Shown here: in pieces, positions 10,049 through 19,559 of the stretch
Numbering within the stretch: position 1 is the first letter of the stretch
Layout of the letters: each line of letters opens with the position of its first letter
NCBI GenBank assembly: GCA_030647555.1
Contig: JAUSJG010000008.1
Coordinates: forward strand, 193,467-257,466
Length of the DNA: 64,000 bases
DNA from: a bacterium
GTDB lineage: Bacteria; Patescibacteriota; Andersenbacteria; UBA10190; CAIZMI01
Direction: 5' to 3'
The notes under the pieces: model-generated
What the model saw: the letters and a program-made list of their open reading frames with translations, nothing else
Databases searched by the model: none
What the model was told of the DNA's origin: nothing
Translations under genes and position numbers: made by a program

Positions 10049-10119
10049 AGGATAATTAGTGAAATGATAGTTGAAATTGTTCTTTATTACCAGGGCTTTT
10101 TTGGGTAAAAATTATTCAT

Positions 10120-10246
10120 AAAATCCCAATGACCAAATCTCAAATCCCAACAAAACTCTAAAACCTTAAATGACCAAAACTTTAGTTTTTGGGATTTAGG
10201 TAATTATGATTTTGTTGGACATTGGGGTTTGGTCATTGGGATTTAA
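10120..10246. repeat. Intergenic imperfect palindrome, family D, copy 1
   Basis: Left arm AAATCCCAATGACCAAATCTCAAATCCCAACAAAAC. Right arm GATTTTGTTGGACATTGGGGTTTGGTCATTGGGATTT. Confidence 0.8.
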
Positions 10247-10318
10247 AAATATTGTAAATTTTGATTGAAATTATAGTGCTTCAGTGCTACATTGAGCCAA
10301 CTAACAACTACTCTATAA

Positions 10319-11329
10319 ATGTTTAACCATCGCATCGGCATCGATCTGGGAACCGCAAATACGCTGGTCTATTTGCCAAAGCGGGGCGTGGTTCTCTCTG
10401 AACCTACAGTGGTGGCTGTTTCAGTTGAAGATAACAGAATTTTAGCTGTTGGAAATGAAGCAAAGGAAATGTTGGGAAGAACTCCGGAAAGCGTCATAAC
10501 GTCGCGTCCTTTGCGTGACGGAGTAATTGCTGATTTTCGTGTTACAGAAGCCATGTTACGCTATTTTATCGAGCGCGCGCTGGGGCGTGGAATTAGTTTT
10601 TTTCGACCGGATGTGATGATTGCCGTGCCTGCCGGTATTACCAGCACGGAAAGACGTGCTGTGACAGAGGCGGCCTTGTCGGCGGGCGCGAAAAACGCTT
10701 ATTTGGTTAAAGAACCGTTGGCGGCGGCAATCGGCGCGGGTATTCCGATTGGTGAGTCTTCAGGGAATATGGTGATCGATATCGGTGGTGGTACGTCGGA
10801 AGTGGCGGTGATTTCGCTTGGTGGAATCGTGGCATCGCATTCCGCGCGGGTTGGCGGTAATAAAATTGATGCGGCCATTGCCGAATACATTCGTAAACGT
10901 CACGGATTGTCTATTGGCGAAAGAACGGCGGAAGACGTGAAAATTGCCATTGGTAGCGCGCTCCCGGTAGAAGAGCAAAAAGAATATGTCATACGTGGTC
11001 GTGATGTTAGTAGTGGGTTGCCAAAAGAGATATCTATTTCTTCATATGAAGTAACGGAAGCAATTCAGGATGAGTTGGAGAATATTACGCAAGCAATAAA
11101 ACTTGTTTTGCAAGATACGCCACCGGAACTTTCAGCGGATGTTATCGATAAGGGGATTGTTTTATCGGGTGGTGGTTCGTTATTGCGCAATATGGATAAG
11201 CTTGTCGCCAAGGTTACAAGTGTGCCGTGTTCAATCGCTGAAAATCCTTTGCAGTGTGTGATTAAGGGTGTTGGCGTGGCGGTGGAAAATTTGGAAGTGT
11301 ACAAAAAAAGCTTACTGGCCGCACGCTAA
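10319..11329 (+). CDS. mreB: Rod shape-determining protein MreB
   Basis: 'IGIDLGTANTLVY', 'DIGGGTSEVAVISLGG' and 'LSGGGSLLRNMDKL' actin-fold motifs. Confidence 0.9.
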   Translation: MFNHRIGIDLGTANTLVYLPKRGVVLSEPTVVAVSVEDNRILAVGNEAKEMLGRTPESVITSRPLRDGVIADFRVTEAMLRYFIERALGRGISFFRPDVMIAVPAGITSTERRAVTEAALSAGAKNAYLVKEPLAAAIGAGIPIGESSGNMVIDIGGGTSEVAVISLGGIVASHSARVGGNKIDAAIAEYIRKRHGLSIGERTAEDVKIAIGSALPVEEQKEYVIRGRDVSSGLPKEISISSYEVTEAIQDELENITQAIKLVLQDTPPELSADVIDKGIVLSGGGSLLRNMDKLVAKVTSVPCSIAENPLQCVIKGVGVAVENLEVYKKSLLAAR

Positions 11330-11333
11330 AGCC

Positions 11334-12365
11334 ATGCACATCGGAATTGACGGGTCACGCTGTAGTTCGAAAAAATCTACCGGCGTTGAACGCTATAGTT
11401 TGCTGGTATTGTTGCCTTTAATAAAAGAACTTAAAAAACGAGGGCATCAAGTTACGATTTATGCGCGTGAAAATTCTGATGTATTTAACGGTGCAAACGT
11501 TAAAGTTTTTCAGCTTCGTTATTTTTGGACACATTTATTTTTGGGTATAAAATCGCAATTCGATAAAGTTGATTGTTTGTTTGTTCCGTCGCATGTTTTG
11601 CCCATTATTCGTCCAAAACGAAACGTGCTGTTTGTACACGATGTTTGCTTTGAAGAATTTCCCGAAGCATATTCATTTTTTGATCGTATTTATTTGAGGT
11701 TTACCACGGCGAATGCCGTGCGCTCGGCAAATATCATTACGCACTCCACGTCCACTAAAGAAAAAATTGCAAACTTTTATGGCGCAAAAAAAGTTACTGT
11801 TATTAAGCCTGCGGCTATATCGGTGGTGAAGCGGGAGACATCAATTGCGTGGCCTAAGCCGTACTTACTATTTGTGGGGCGCATTGAGACAAAAAAGAAT
11901 GTCAAACTATTGTTGGAAGCATTTGATCATCTTCTTTCCAGAAAACCGGAAATCAAACATAATCTGGTTTTGTTGGGCAAGGATGGTTTTGGATCCGCCG
12001 AAATCAAGGATTTTGCCGAAAAACTGCGTCACAAGAATAGAATTATTTTTAATGGATACGCATCAGATGGTTTGCGAGATCAGGCGTTGAGAGAAGCAAG
12101 CGGTTTGGTTTTGCCAAGTCTTTGCGAAGGAAGTAGTTTGGTCTTATTGGAAGCGCGGATGGCGCGAGTGCCTTTTGCCTCTTCCGCGTGTGTACCTTGT
12201 GTTGAAGCGGGTGGTGATACCGGGATTTATGTCCAAAAACCGACAACTGCGAATTGGATTACGGCACTTGAGAATTTGATTTTTAAACCGGTAACACCGG
12301 CGCCCGCTTCCTATCGGACATGGGAAGACGTGGCGCGTGAAATCGCGGAAGTGATTACTTCATAA
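11334..12365 (+). CDS. Glycosyltransferase family 4
   Basis: Start chosen at the ATG (MHIGIDGS) just after the mreB stop rather than the overlapping 11268. 'CEGSSLVLLEARMARVPFASS' GT4-like C-terminus. Confidence 0.75.
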   Translation: MHIGIDGSRCSSKKSTGVERYSLLVLLPLIKELKKRGHQVTIYARENSDVFNGANVKVFQLRYFWTHLFLGIKSQFDKVDCLFVPSHVLPIIRPKRNVLFVHDVCFEEFPEAYSFFDRIYLRFTTANAVRSANIITHSTSTKEKIANFYGAKKVTVIKPAAISVVKRETSIAWPKPYLLFVGRIETKKNVKLLLEAFDHLLSRKPEIKHNLVLLGKDGFGSAEIKDFAEKLRHKNRIIFNGYASDGLRDQALREASGLVLPSLCEGSSLVLLEARMARVPFASSACVPCVEAGGDTGIYVQKPTTANWITALENLIFKPVTPAPASYRTWEDVAREIAEVITS

Positions 12366-12386
12366 TAACTCTCTCATAAAAATATT

Positions 12387-13496
12387 ATGAATGTCGCACT
12401 GGTACATGAGTCGTTGACACGGTTGGGCGGGGCAGAACGGGTATTGGCTGAAATGCATCGTCTTTATCCTGAAGCGCCAATTTACGCGTTACTGCATGAG
12501 AGTGCGGTTACGAAGGCCTTATTTCCGGGTGCCAATTTGCATTTTTCTTTTTTACGTCGATTTCCGGAATTTCTAAGAAAACGTGAAAGGTTATTTTTAC
12601 CACTTTTGCCGGTTGTTCCCGAGACGTTTGATTTGAGTCGGTATGATGTGGTGATTAGTAGCGCTTCGGCGTTCGCAAAGGGTGTTGTAACACGTCCGGG
12701 AACAATGCACATTTGTTATTGTCATTCGCCGACGCGCTATTTGTGGGATTGGTACCCACACGTTCTTGAGGAGTTTGGCGGTGGAACGATTAAATACGGA
12801 ATTCTCTCTATTTTATTGCATTATCTGCGTTTGTGGGATGCTGCGGCATCGCGTCGTGTTGATTTTTTTATTGCCAATTCAAAAACAACGGCTGGTCGGA
12901 TTAAAAAATATTATGGAAGAGATTCGGACGTAATTTATCCACCTGTTAACGTAAAAAGATTTAAACCAACGAAAGAGAACAAGGGGTATTTTTTAATTGT
13001 GTCTCGGTTGTCTCCCTACAAAAGGATAGACGTAGCAATTCACGCTTTTAATAAATTAGAGTTGTCGCTTGTTATTATTGGCGAGGGGCGCGATCGGGAA
13101 CGATTGCAGAGTATTGCCGGTGCGACAATTAAATTCAAAGGGTTTGTGAGCGACGAAAAATTGCCGGATTATTATGCCGGTGCCAGGGCGATAATTTTCC
13201 CGGGTGAAGATGATTTTGGTATTGTACCGGTGGAAGCAATGGCAAGTGGTAAACCGGTGATTGCGCTTCGACGCGGTGGGGCGATGGAAACGATCGTTGA
13301 GGGTATAACGGGTGAATTTTTTGACGAACCACACGAAGCACTCTTGGCGGAGGCAGTACGTGGCTTTATGGAAAAAGAAAGCTCGTATGATTATTTAAAA
13401 ATCAGGGAAAGAGCGGAACTATATTCGGAGGAAAAGTTTAAAGAGAAGCTTCAAAAATATGTGGAAGAAAAGTGGAACGAATGGCAAAATAGATAA
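12387..13496 (+). CDS. Glycosyltransferase family 4
   Basis: 'MNVALVHESLTRLGGAERV' N-terminus and 'EDDFGIVPVEAMASGKPVIALRRGGAMETI' C-terminus. Confidence 0.85.
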   Translation: MNVALVHESLTRLGGAERVLAEMHRLYPEAPIYALLHESAVTKALFPGANLHFSFLRRFPEFLRKRERLFLPLLPVVPETFDLSRYDVVISSASAFAKGVVTRPGTMHICYCHSPTRYLWDWYPHVLEEFGGGTIKYGILSILLHYLRLWDAAASRRVDFFIANSKTTAGRIKKYYGRDSDVIYPPVNVKRFKPTKENKGYFLIVSRLSPYKRIDVAIHAFNKLELSLVIIGEGRDRERLQSIAGATIKFKGFVSDEKLPDYYAGARAIIFPGEDDFGIVPVEAMASGKPVIALRRGGAMETIVEGITGEFFDEPHEALLAEAVRGFMEKESSYDYLKIRERAELYSEEKFKEKLQKYVEEKWNEWQNR

Positions 13497-13627
13497 GAAT
13501 TTTCAATTATCAATGACCAATTTTCAATCAATTATTAAATGGCTTAATTATCAAATAACGACGCCCCCATTGATAATTTAAGAATTGATCATTAATTGAT
13601 AATTGGTCATTGATAATTGAAAATTAG
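13497..13627. repeat. Intergenic palindromic element, family E, copy 1
   Basis: Perfect 25-bp inverted repeat AATTTTCAATTATCAATGACCAATT ... AATTGGTCATTGATAATTGAAAATT flanking a spacer of about 70 bp. Confidence 0.85.
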
Positions 13628-13706
13628 TTACAATGTTTTTATGGCACAGACAAGAGTGGTCCCCTTGTGAAATGTTGATATTTATTGCAATATAAAGCAT
13701 CAATAT

Positions 13707-16313
13707 ATGACCGCACTATTTGACCGTTTTATGGGCCGTGATTCGGCAAAACTTGAGAAAATCAAAAAAATTGCCGATCAGGTTCTTGTTTTAGAACCAG
13801 AAATGAGGAAGCTTTCGGATACCGGTTTGCCGGAAAAATTGAACGAACTTAAGTCTGCCGCAAAGGAAAAGACGGTAGACGAGTTATTGCCGGAAACTTT
13901 CGCGTTGGTACGCGAAACGGCGCGACGTGTGCTTGGCGAACATCCATTTCCTGTGCAAGTAATGGGTGGCATTATTTTGCACCAAGGAAATATTTCGGAA
14001 ATGAAAACAGGTGAGGGAAAAACTCTGGTTTCAACAATGCCGATAGTTTTGAATGCTTTGTATGGCAAGGGCGTGCACTTGGTAACCGCCAATGAATATC
14101 TGGCAAAACGTGACGCGGATTGGATGGGAAAAATTTATCAGGCATTGGGTTTATCGGTTGGCGTAACGGCGCATGGTCAAACGTCTGCCGAAAAACGCGC
14201 CGCTTACGCTTCTGATATAACTTATGGAACAAACAACGAATTCGGTTTTGATTATCTGCGAGATAATATGGCCTATCGCGTCGAAGAAAAAGTGCAACGC
14301 GAGTTACAATACGCGATCGTTGATGAGGTAGACTCGATTTTGATTGATGAGGCACGTACGCCATTAATTATTTCGGCGCCGGATGAAGAGTCTAGTAAAC
14401 AGTACGCAGAATTTGCGCGTATCGCACCGCAATTGGAAAAAGAAAAACATTACGAAGTGGATGAGAAAGAGCGGGCGGTTACATTGACTGATGAAGGTAT
14501 TTCCCGTGTGGAAAAAATATTAGGGGTTGAAAACATATACGGTTCCGGTGAAGTAAAAGTTGTGCACCACTTGGAGCAAGCCTTACGGGCCATGGCGTTA
14601 TATAAGCGCGATGTGGATTATGTCGTCAAAGAAGGTGAAGTGATGATTGTGGATTCTTTTACCGGTCGATTAATGCCGGGACGTCGTTATTCCGAAGGGC
14701 TTCATCAAGCCATTGAAGCAAAAGAAGGCGTGAAGGTGCAACAAGAAAGTCGCACAATGGCGACGATTACGTTTCAAAATTATTTTCGTTTATACAAAAA
14801 GTTGGCTGGTATGACCGGTACGGCAAAAACTTCCGAAGAAGAGTTTCAAAAAGTTTATAACTTGGATGTTTTGGTTGTGCCAACCAATAAGAATTTAATT
14901 AGAAATGATCAGGCGGATAGGATTTATCGAACAGAATTGGGAAAGTTTAGGAACGTTGTAAAAGAAATCAAGGAACGTAATAAGGCCGGTCAGCCCGTGT
15001 TGGTTGGTACGGTTGCCATTGAAAAATCGGAGTTATTGAGCAATATGCTTATTCGCGAAGGAGTGAAGCATGAAGTACTGAATGCAAAAAACCATGCGCG
15101 TGAAGCGGAAATTGTGGCGAATGCCGGACAAAAAGATTCCGTGACGATTTCCACGAACATGGCCGGTCGCGGAACGGATATAAAACTTGGCGAGGGTGTG
15201 CGTGAAGTTGGTGGGTTGCACATTATCGGAACCGAACGACATGAGGCCCGTCGCATCGATAATCAGTTGCGTGGCCGTGCCGGACGTCAGGGTGACCCCG
15301 GTAGTTCGCAGTTCTTTATTTCGGCCGAAGATGATGTGATGCGTATTTTTGGCGCGGACAGAATGAAGAATTTGTTGACGCGGTTTAATATTCCGGAAGA
15401 CGAACCGATTGAAAGTCGCCTTGTATCGAAAGCGGTAGAGAGCGCGCAAGCACGGGTGGAAGGTTTCTACTTTGATTCCAGAAAACATGTTTTGGATTAC
15501 GACGATGTGATGAATAAACAACGTGAAGCATTTTATCGTCTGCGCAATAATGTTTTGGAAACACAAGGCGATAATTCGAAATTGCGTGGCATTGTTACCG
15601 ATCTACTGTCACAAACGCTTGATGAAGTAACCAACACAGCGCTGATTGCGCCGGCGCCGGTAGAAAGTGAAACAGAGCACAATGTTGAAGCAGAGGTTAA
15701 AAAAGCGATTGAAAGATTGATTAATCTTACGGACACCGAATGGCAGACAATTAAAGAAACAATTCCGGTTGATGCCACGAGTGGTATTTCCGATAAAACA
15801 AAGGAAGTACTACATGGTTTTGTAGAACGTCACTATGATTCACAGGAAGAGCGAACGAATAAAGATCCAATGTTCTACGATGTGATTCGCAGCATCGTTT
15901 TGCGGGCTTTGGATTTTCTTTGGACGGATCATTTGGATACGATGGAATATTTGCGCACGGGGATCGGTTTGCGTGGTTATGGACAGCGGGACCCGTTGGT
16001 TGAATATCGTCGCGAGGGTCATCAGTTATTCCAAAATCTCATGGCGACATTTCGACAGGAAGCGGCCGCGGCAATTTTCCATTTGGATATCCATCCGCAA
16101 GCGGCGCCGCGTGTAGAGGAAATGCAGCCGAAAAATATCACAATGGTACATCCTGACGCGGTTAAACCAAACGAAGCGCTTGTTCCTGCCGGTTCAGTTT
16201 CTACAAATAACGCTACCGAGCAGTTACCAGCTAAAAAGAAACCGACAATCGGTCGCAACGACCCCTGTTTTTGCGGATCAGGCAAAAAATATAAGAAGTG
16301 CCACGGGAAATAA
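13707..16313 (+). CDS. secA: Preprotein translocase ATPase SecA
   Basis: DEAD-motor motifs ('GEGKTLVSTMP', 'VDEVDSILIDEARTPLIIS') and the C-terminal Zn finger 'CFCGSGKKYKKCHG'. Confidence 0.95.
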   Translation: MTALFDRFMGRDSAKLEKIKKIADQVLVLEPEMRKLSDTGLPEKLNELKSAAKEKTVDELLPETFALVRETARRVLGEHPFPVQVMGGIILHQGNISEMKTGEGKTLVSTMPIVLNALYGKGVHLVTANEYLAKRDADWMGKIYQALGLSVGVTAHGQTSAEKRAAYASDITYGTNNEFGFDYLRDNMAYRVEEKVQRELQYAIVDEVDSILIDEARTPLIISAPDEESSKQYAEFARIAPQLEKEKHYEVDEKERAVTLTDEGISRVEKILGVENIYGSGEVKVVHHLEQALRAMALYKRDVDYVVKEGEVMIVDSFTGRLMPGRRYSEGLHQAIEAKEGVKVQQESRTMATITFQNYFRLYKKLAGMTGTAKTSEEEFQKVYNLDVLVVPTNKNLIRNDQADRIYRTELGKFRNVVKEIKERNKAGQPVLVGTVAIEKSELLSNMLIREGVKHEVLNAKNHAREAEIVANAGQKDSVTISTNMAGRGTDIKLGEGVREVGGLHIIGTERHEARRIDNQLRGRAGRQGDPGSSQFFISAEDDVMRIFGADRMKNLLTRFNIPEDEPIESRLVSKAVESAQARVEGFYFDSRKHVLDYDDVMNKQREAFYRLRNNVLETQGDNSKLRGIVTDLLSQTLDEVTNTALIAPAPVESETEHNVEAEVKKAIERLINLTDTEWQTIKETIPVDATSGISDKTKEVLHGFVERHYDSQEERTNKDPMFYDVIRSIVLRALDFLWTDHLDTMEYLRTGIGLRGYGQRDPLVEYRREGHQLFQNLMATFRQEAAAAIFHLDIHPQAAPRVEEMQPKNITMVHPDAVKPNEALVPAGSVSTNNATEQLPAKKKPTIGRNDPCFCGSGKKYKKCHGK

Positions 16314-16334
16314 TTTTGCCTATGCAAAATTATT

Positions 16335-16488
16335 AAATCCCAATATCCAAACCCCAAATCCCAACAAAATCCCAATTATTTAAATCTCAAACCCCATGTT
16401 TGGTCATTTGTGGAATTAGGGTTTTGTTGGACATTGCCTGCCGGCCATAGCTTTAGCGACGGCTGGGTCATTAGGTTTTGGGATTTTT
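16335..16488. repeat. Intergenic imperfect palindrome, family D, copy 2
   Basis: Arms AAATCCCAATATCCAAACCCCAAATCCCAACAAAATCCC ... GGTCATTAGGTTTTGGGATTTTT, with an internal GTTTTGTTGGACATTG shared with copy 1. Confidence 0.8.
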
Positions 16489-16528
16489 GTATTGGTTATT
16501 GATAATAAAATTGGTGTATAATGGCTGT

Positions 16529-16993
16529 ATGGTTGAAATAGCTAATCACATTCATGATTTAAAACGGGGGGTTGATTTTATCGGTGTTGGCGTGGTTTTT
16601 ATTTGTCATGATGGGCACGGTCGGGTTTTGTTGCACAAACGCAGTAATAAATGTCGTGATGAACATGGACGCTGGAACAACGGGGGTGGGGCGGTAGAAT
16701 TTGGAGAAGACCTGGACACGGCGGTTCGTCGTGAGGTAATGGAAGAATATGGAGTTGAGCCGATTGAATTGAAATATCTCGAGCATAAGAATGTCATTAG
16801 ACAAAATGGCGACCATCAAACGCATTGGGTGGCAATGCGTTATTCAGTGTTAGTAGATCCTGAAAAAGTGATTAATGGTGACCCCGAAAAGATTGATGAA
16901 TTTGGTTGGTTTACGCTTGATAATTTACCGACGCCCCTACATGGGGTTTTGGCAAATGAACTCGAATTGGTAAAAAAGGTTTTGGGGGTGTAA
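16529..16993 (+). CDS. NUDIX hydrolase
   Basis: Nudix box 'GGGAVEFGEDLDTAVRREVMEEYGV'. Start moved to the internal ATG (MVEIANH) because the upstream ATG at 16478 lies inside the family-D repeat. Confidence 0.75.
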   Translation: MVEIANHIHDLKRGVDFIGVGVVFICHDGHGRVLLHKRSNKCRDEHGRWNNGGGAVEFGEDLDTAVRREVMEEYGVEPIELKYLEHKNVIRQNGDHQTHWVAMRYSVLVDPEKVINGDPEKIDEFGWFTLDNLPTPLHGVLANELELVKKVLGV

Positions 16994-17070
16994 TAATAAA
17001 GGTATGATGTAAAAGATAATTTTCACTAACCAAACAAGTGATGATTATTTTTAATGAATGAAGAACAGAT

Positions 17071-18366
17071 ATGAATAAAATCGCATTACAAAAAAGTGAT
17101 CCCGAAGTTTACGCGGCAGTAGAGGGAGAGATGCAAAGACAGCGCGAAGGCGTTGAATTAATTGCGTCTGAAAATTATGTTTCTCCGGCGGTGTTGGAGG
17201 CGCTTGGTAGTCATCTTACAAATAAGTATGCGGAAGGATTCCCTGGAAAACGCTATTATGGTGGTCAGGAGTTTACGGATGCGGTCGAGACCCTGGCGAT
17301 TGAAAGGGCGAAAAAAATCTTCCGTTGTGATCACGCTAATGTGCAACCGCTTTCCGGTGCGCCGGCAAATATTGCCGTCTATTTTTCTTGGTTAGAGCCG
17401 GGTGATGCAATTATGGGAATGGATCTCTCGCATGGTGGTCATTTAACGCACGGTAGCCCAGTTACATACATGTCGAAGCTTTTTAACTTTGTGCGTTATA
17501 AGATGGGTGATCCTGAAACCGGTGCGATTGATTACGACGATATGTTAAAAGTGGCGAAACAGGAAAAAGTGAAAATTATTCTCGCCGGCTTTTCAGCCTA
17601 TCCGCGGGAACTCGATTACGCTAAAATTCGTGCGATTGCGGACGAAGTGGGCGCAATTGCGATGGCGGACGTGGCGCATGTGGCCGGTTTGATTGCGGCC
17701 GGTGAGTTAAAGAATCCGTTTGATTTTGGCTTTAATGTTGTTACAACAACAACCCACAAAACCTTGCGTGGTCCGCGTGGGGGAATGATTATGTCGCGTG
17801 GAAAAGTATCGAACCCATTGAAAGCTGTCGAAAAAACAGTGGAGAATTTGCCCACACTAATCGATCGCAGTGTTTTCCCGGGGTTTCAGGGTGGTCCACA
17901 CATGAATAATATCGCCGCGATTGCGGTGGCTTTGGGTGAAGCGATGCAACCGGAATATAAAGTTTATGCCAAGCAGGTGATTGCTAATGCCAAAACGATG
18001 GCGGCGAGGCTAATGGCTAATGGTTGCAAACTGGTTACCAATGGTACCGATAATCACATGATGGTAGTGGATTGTGTAAAGTCGTTTGGTTTGAATGGCA
18101 AAGAAGCCCAACATATTTTGGATGAAGTGGGGATCAGTGCCAGTAAAAGCACGGTGCCGGACGATACATTACCGCCATATTCACCGAGCGGGTTGCGTTT
18201 GGGTACGCCGGCCGTAACAACGCGTGGTATGAAGGCGCCGGAAATTGAAAAACTCACCGATTTTATGCTACAAGCGATTCGCGAACATGAAGATACGGCA
18301 AAAATGGCACAACTAAAAAATGAAGTGCGTGAGTTTTGTTTGTCGTTTCCGTTGCCGGGGATGTAA
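17071..18366 (+). CDS. glyA: Serine hydroxymethyltransferase
   Basis: 'SHLTNKYAEGFPGKRYYGGQEF' and 'TTTTHKTLRGPRGGMI' (PLP-binding Lys). Confidence 0.95.
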   Translation: MNKIALQKSDPEVYAAVEGEMQRQREGVELIASENYVSPAVLEALGSHLTNKYAEGFPGKRYYGGQEFTDAVETLAIERAKKIFRCDHANVQPLSGAPANIAVYFSWLEPGDAIMGMDLSHGGHLTHGSPVTYMSKLFNFVRYKMGDPETGAIDYDDMLKVAKQEKVKIILAGFSAYPRELDYAKIRAIADEVGAIAMADVAHVAGLIAAGELKNPFDFGFNVVTTTTHKTLRGPRGGMIMSRGKVSNPLKAVEKTVENLPTLIDRSVFPGFQGGPHMNNIAAIAVALGEAMQPEYKVYAKQVIANAKTMAARLMANGCKLVTNGTDNHMMVVDCVKSFGLNGKEAQHILDEVGISASKSTVPDDTLPPYSPSGLRLGTPAVTTRGMKAPEIEKLTDFMLQAIREHEDTAKMAQLKNEVREFCLSFPLPGM

Positions 18367-18369
18367 CGC

Positions 18370-18460
18370 AAGGTCGGACTTTGCGAAAAGGTCCGACCTT
18401 GATTGGTCGGCAAGAAGGATGCGACCAATGAGGGTCGGACCCCGCGAGGAGTCCGACCCT
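18370..18460 (+). repeat. Three consecutive perfect hairpins (GGTCGGAC family C) directly after the glyA stop
   Basis: Hairpin 1: AGGTCGGACTTT-GCG-AAAGGTCCGACCT. Hairpin 2: ATTGGTCG-N12-CGACCAAT. Hairpin 3: GGGTCGGAC-CCCGCGAGGA-GTCCGACCC. Related copies lie at 62151-62192 and 63169-63215. Confidence 0.75.
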
Positions 18461-18514
18461 GCTTACGGTTAAATATGTTGTTTAATTGTAATAATTCTGC
18501 TATAATATTTTACT

Positions 18515-19375
18515 ATGAATCCACAAATTCTCGACGGTCGAAAATTAGCTTCAAAAATCGATGAGCAATTAGCGCGTCGTATTGCCGTGCTTAAGACGGC
18601 CGGAACTACTCCCGGGCTGGCGATTTTGCTAAAAGAAGGAGATAAAGAGAGCGCAATTTTTGTTCGTCAAAAGGAAAAGAAATGTGAATTGCTGGGTATT
18701 GAGGTTGTTATTGAAACATTGCCCAAAGAAGGTTTTTTGGAGAATGCCACGAAGATTGTTGCAAGATGGAACGCAAATCCAAAACTGCATGGTATTGTGA
18801 TTCAGGTCCCGCGGGGTGATGCGAGTGAAATGCGCGAAGTGACAAAGATGGTGGATCCAAAAAAAGACGTGGATTGTTTGCATCCGGAAAATATTGGTTT
18901 GCTGTCTTTTAGTAAGCCAAGATTTTTACCCCCAACACCGGCCGGTATTCATCAGTTGTTAATCAAAAATAAAATAAATTTTGACGGTAAACACGTTGTA
19001 ATAATCGGTCGCGGAAATTTAGTGGGGAAGCCGTTGGCATTATTGCTTTTGCAAAAGAAAAAAGACGCTAATGCGACCGTGACCGTTTGTCATCGTCACA
19101 CAAAAGATTTAGCTCATCACACAAAACAAGCCGATATTTTAGTTGTGGCGATCGGACAAAAAGAATTTATCGGCAGGGAATACATTAATAAAGGATGTGT
19201 GTTGGTTGATGTTGGAATTCACAAGGTTGGTGATAGTTGGTTCGGTGATGTAAAACATTCGGAAGTTGACAGATTAGTTTCCGCGGTAACACCTGTGCCG
19301 GGTGGCGTTGGTCCGATGACGGTGACGATGCTGTTGTCGAATGTAATTTTATCAGCAGAGAATTATTTAGTTTAG
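18515..19375 (+). CDS. folD: Bifunctional methylenetetrahydrofolate dehydrogenase / methenyl-THF cyclohydrolase
   Basis: 'ILDGRKLA...', 'GLAILLKEGDKESAIFVRQKEK' and 'VIIGRGNLVGKPLALLL' motifs. Confidence 0.9.
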   Translation: MNPQILDGRKLASKIDEQLARRIAVLKTAGTTPGLAILLKEGDKESAIFVRQKEKKCELLGIEVVIETLPKEGFLENATKIVARWNANPKLHGIVIQVPRGDASEMREVTKMVDPKKDVDCLHPENIGLLSFSKPRFLPPTPAGIHQLLIKNKINFDGKHVVIIGRGNLVGKPLALLLLQKKKDANATVTVCHRHTKDLAHHTKQADILVVAIGQKEFIGREYINKGCVLVDVGIHKVGDSWFGDVKHSEVDRLVSAVTPVPGGVGPMTVTMLLSNVILSAENYLV

Positions 19376-19407
19376 TTTTCCATAAAAAGTTTTTGTGGGT
19401 CGCTGAT

Positions 19408-19445
19408 TTGTATATAGTATTTGGTATATAGTATATGGATTTAGT
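19408..19445. repeat. Short repeat H (TGTATATAGTATATGGATTTA), copy 1
   Basis: Matches 51787-51808. It is inverted at 51891-51918. Confidence 0.6.
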
Positions 19446-19493
19446 GGGCAATAATTTCGCTAGAATTTTTACGAATAGAAGTAGTTAAACATA

Positions 19494-19527
19494 AAAAAAC
19501 ACCGAGCAAGGGTTACTTGCTCGGTTG
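19494..19527 (-). terminator. Rho-independent terminator for the minus-strand GC-rich gene
   Basis: CACCGAGCAAG-GGTTA-CTTGCTCGGTG hairpin with a T7 run on the minus strand. Confidence 0.65.
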
Positions 19528-19559
19528 TTGGGGTTTCTGAAAGAACGTTTTTTGCGACT

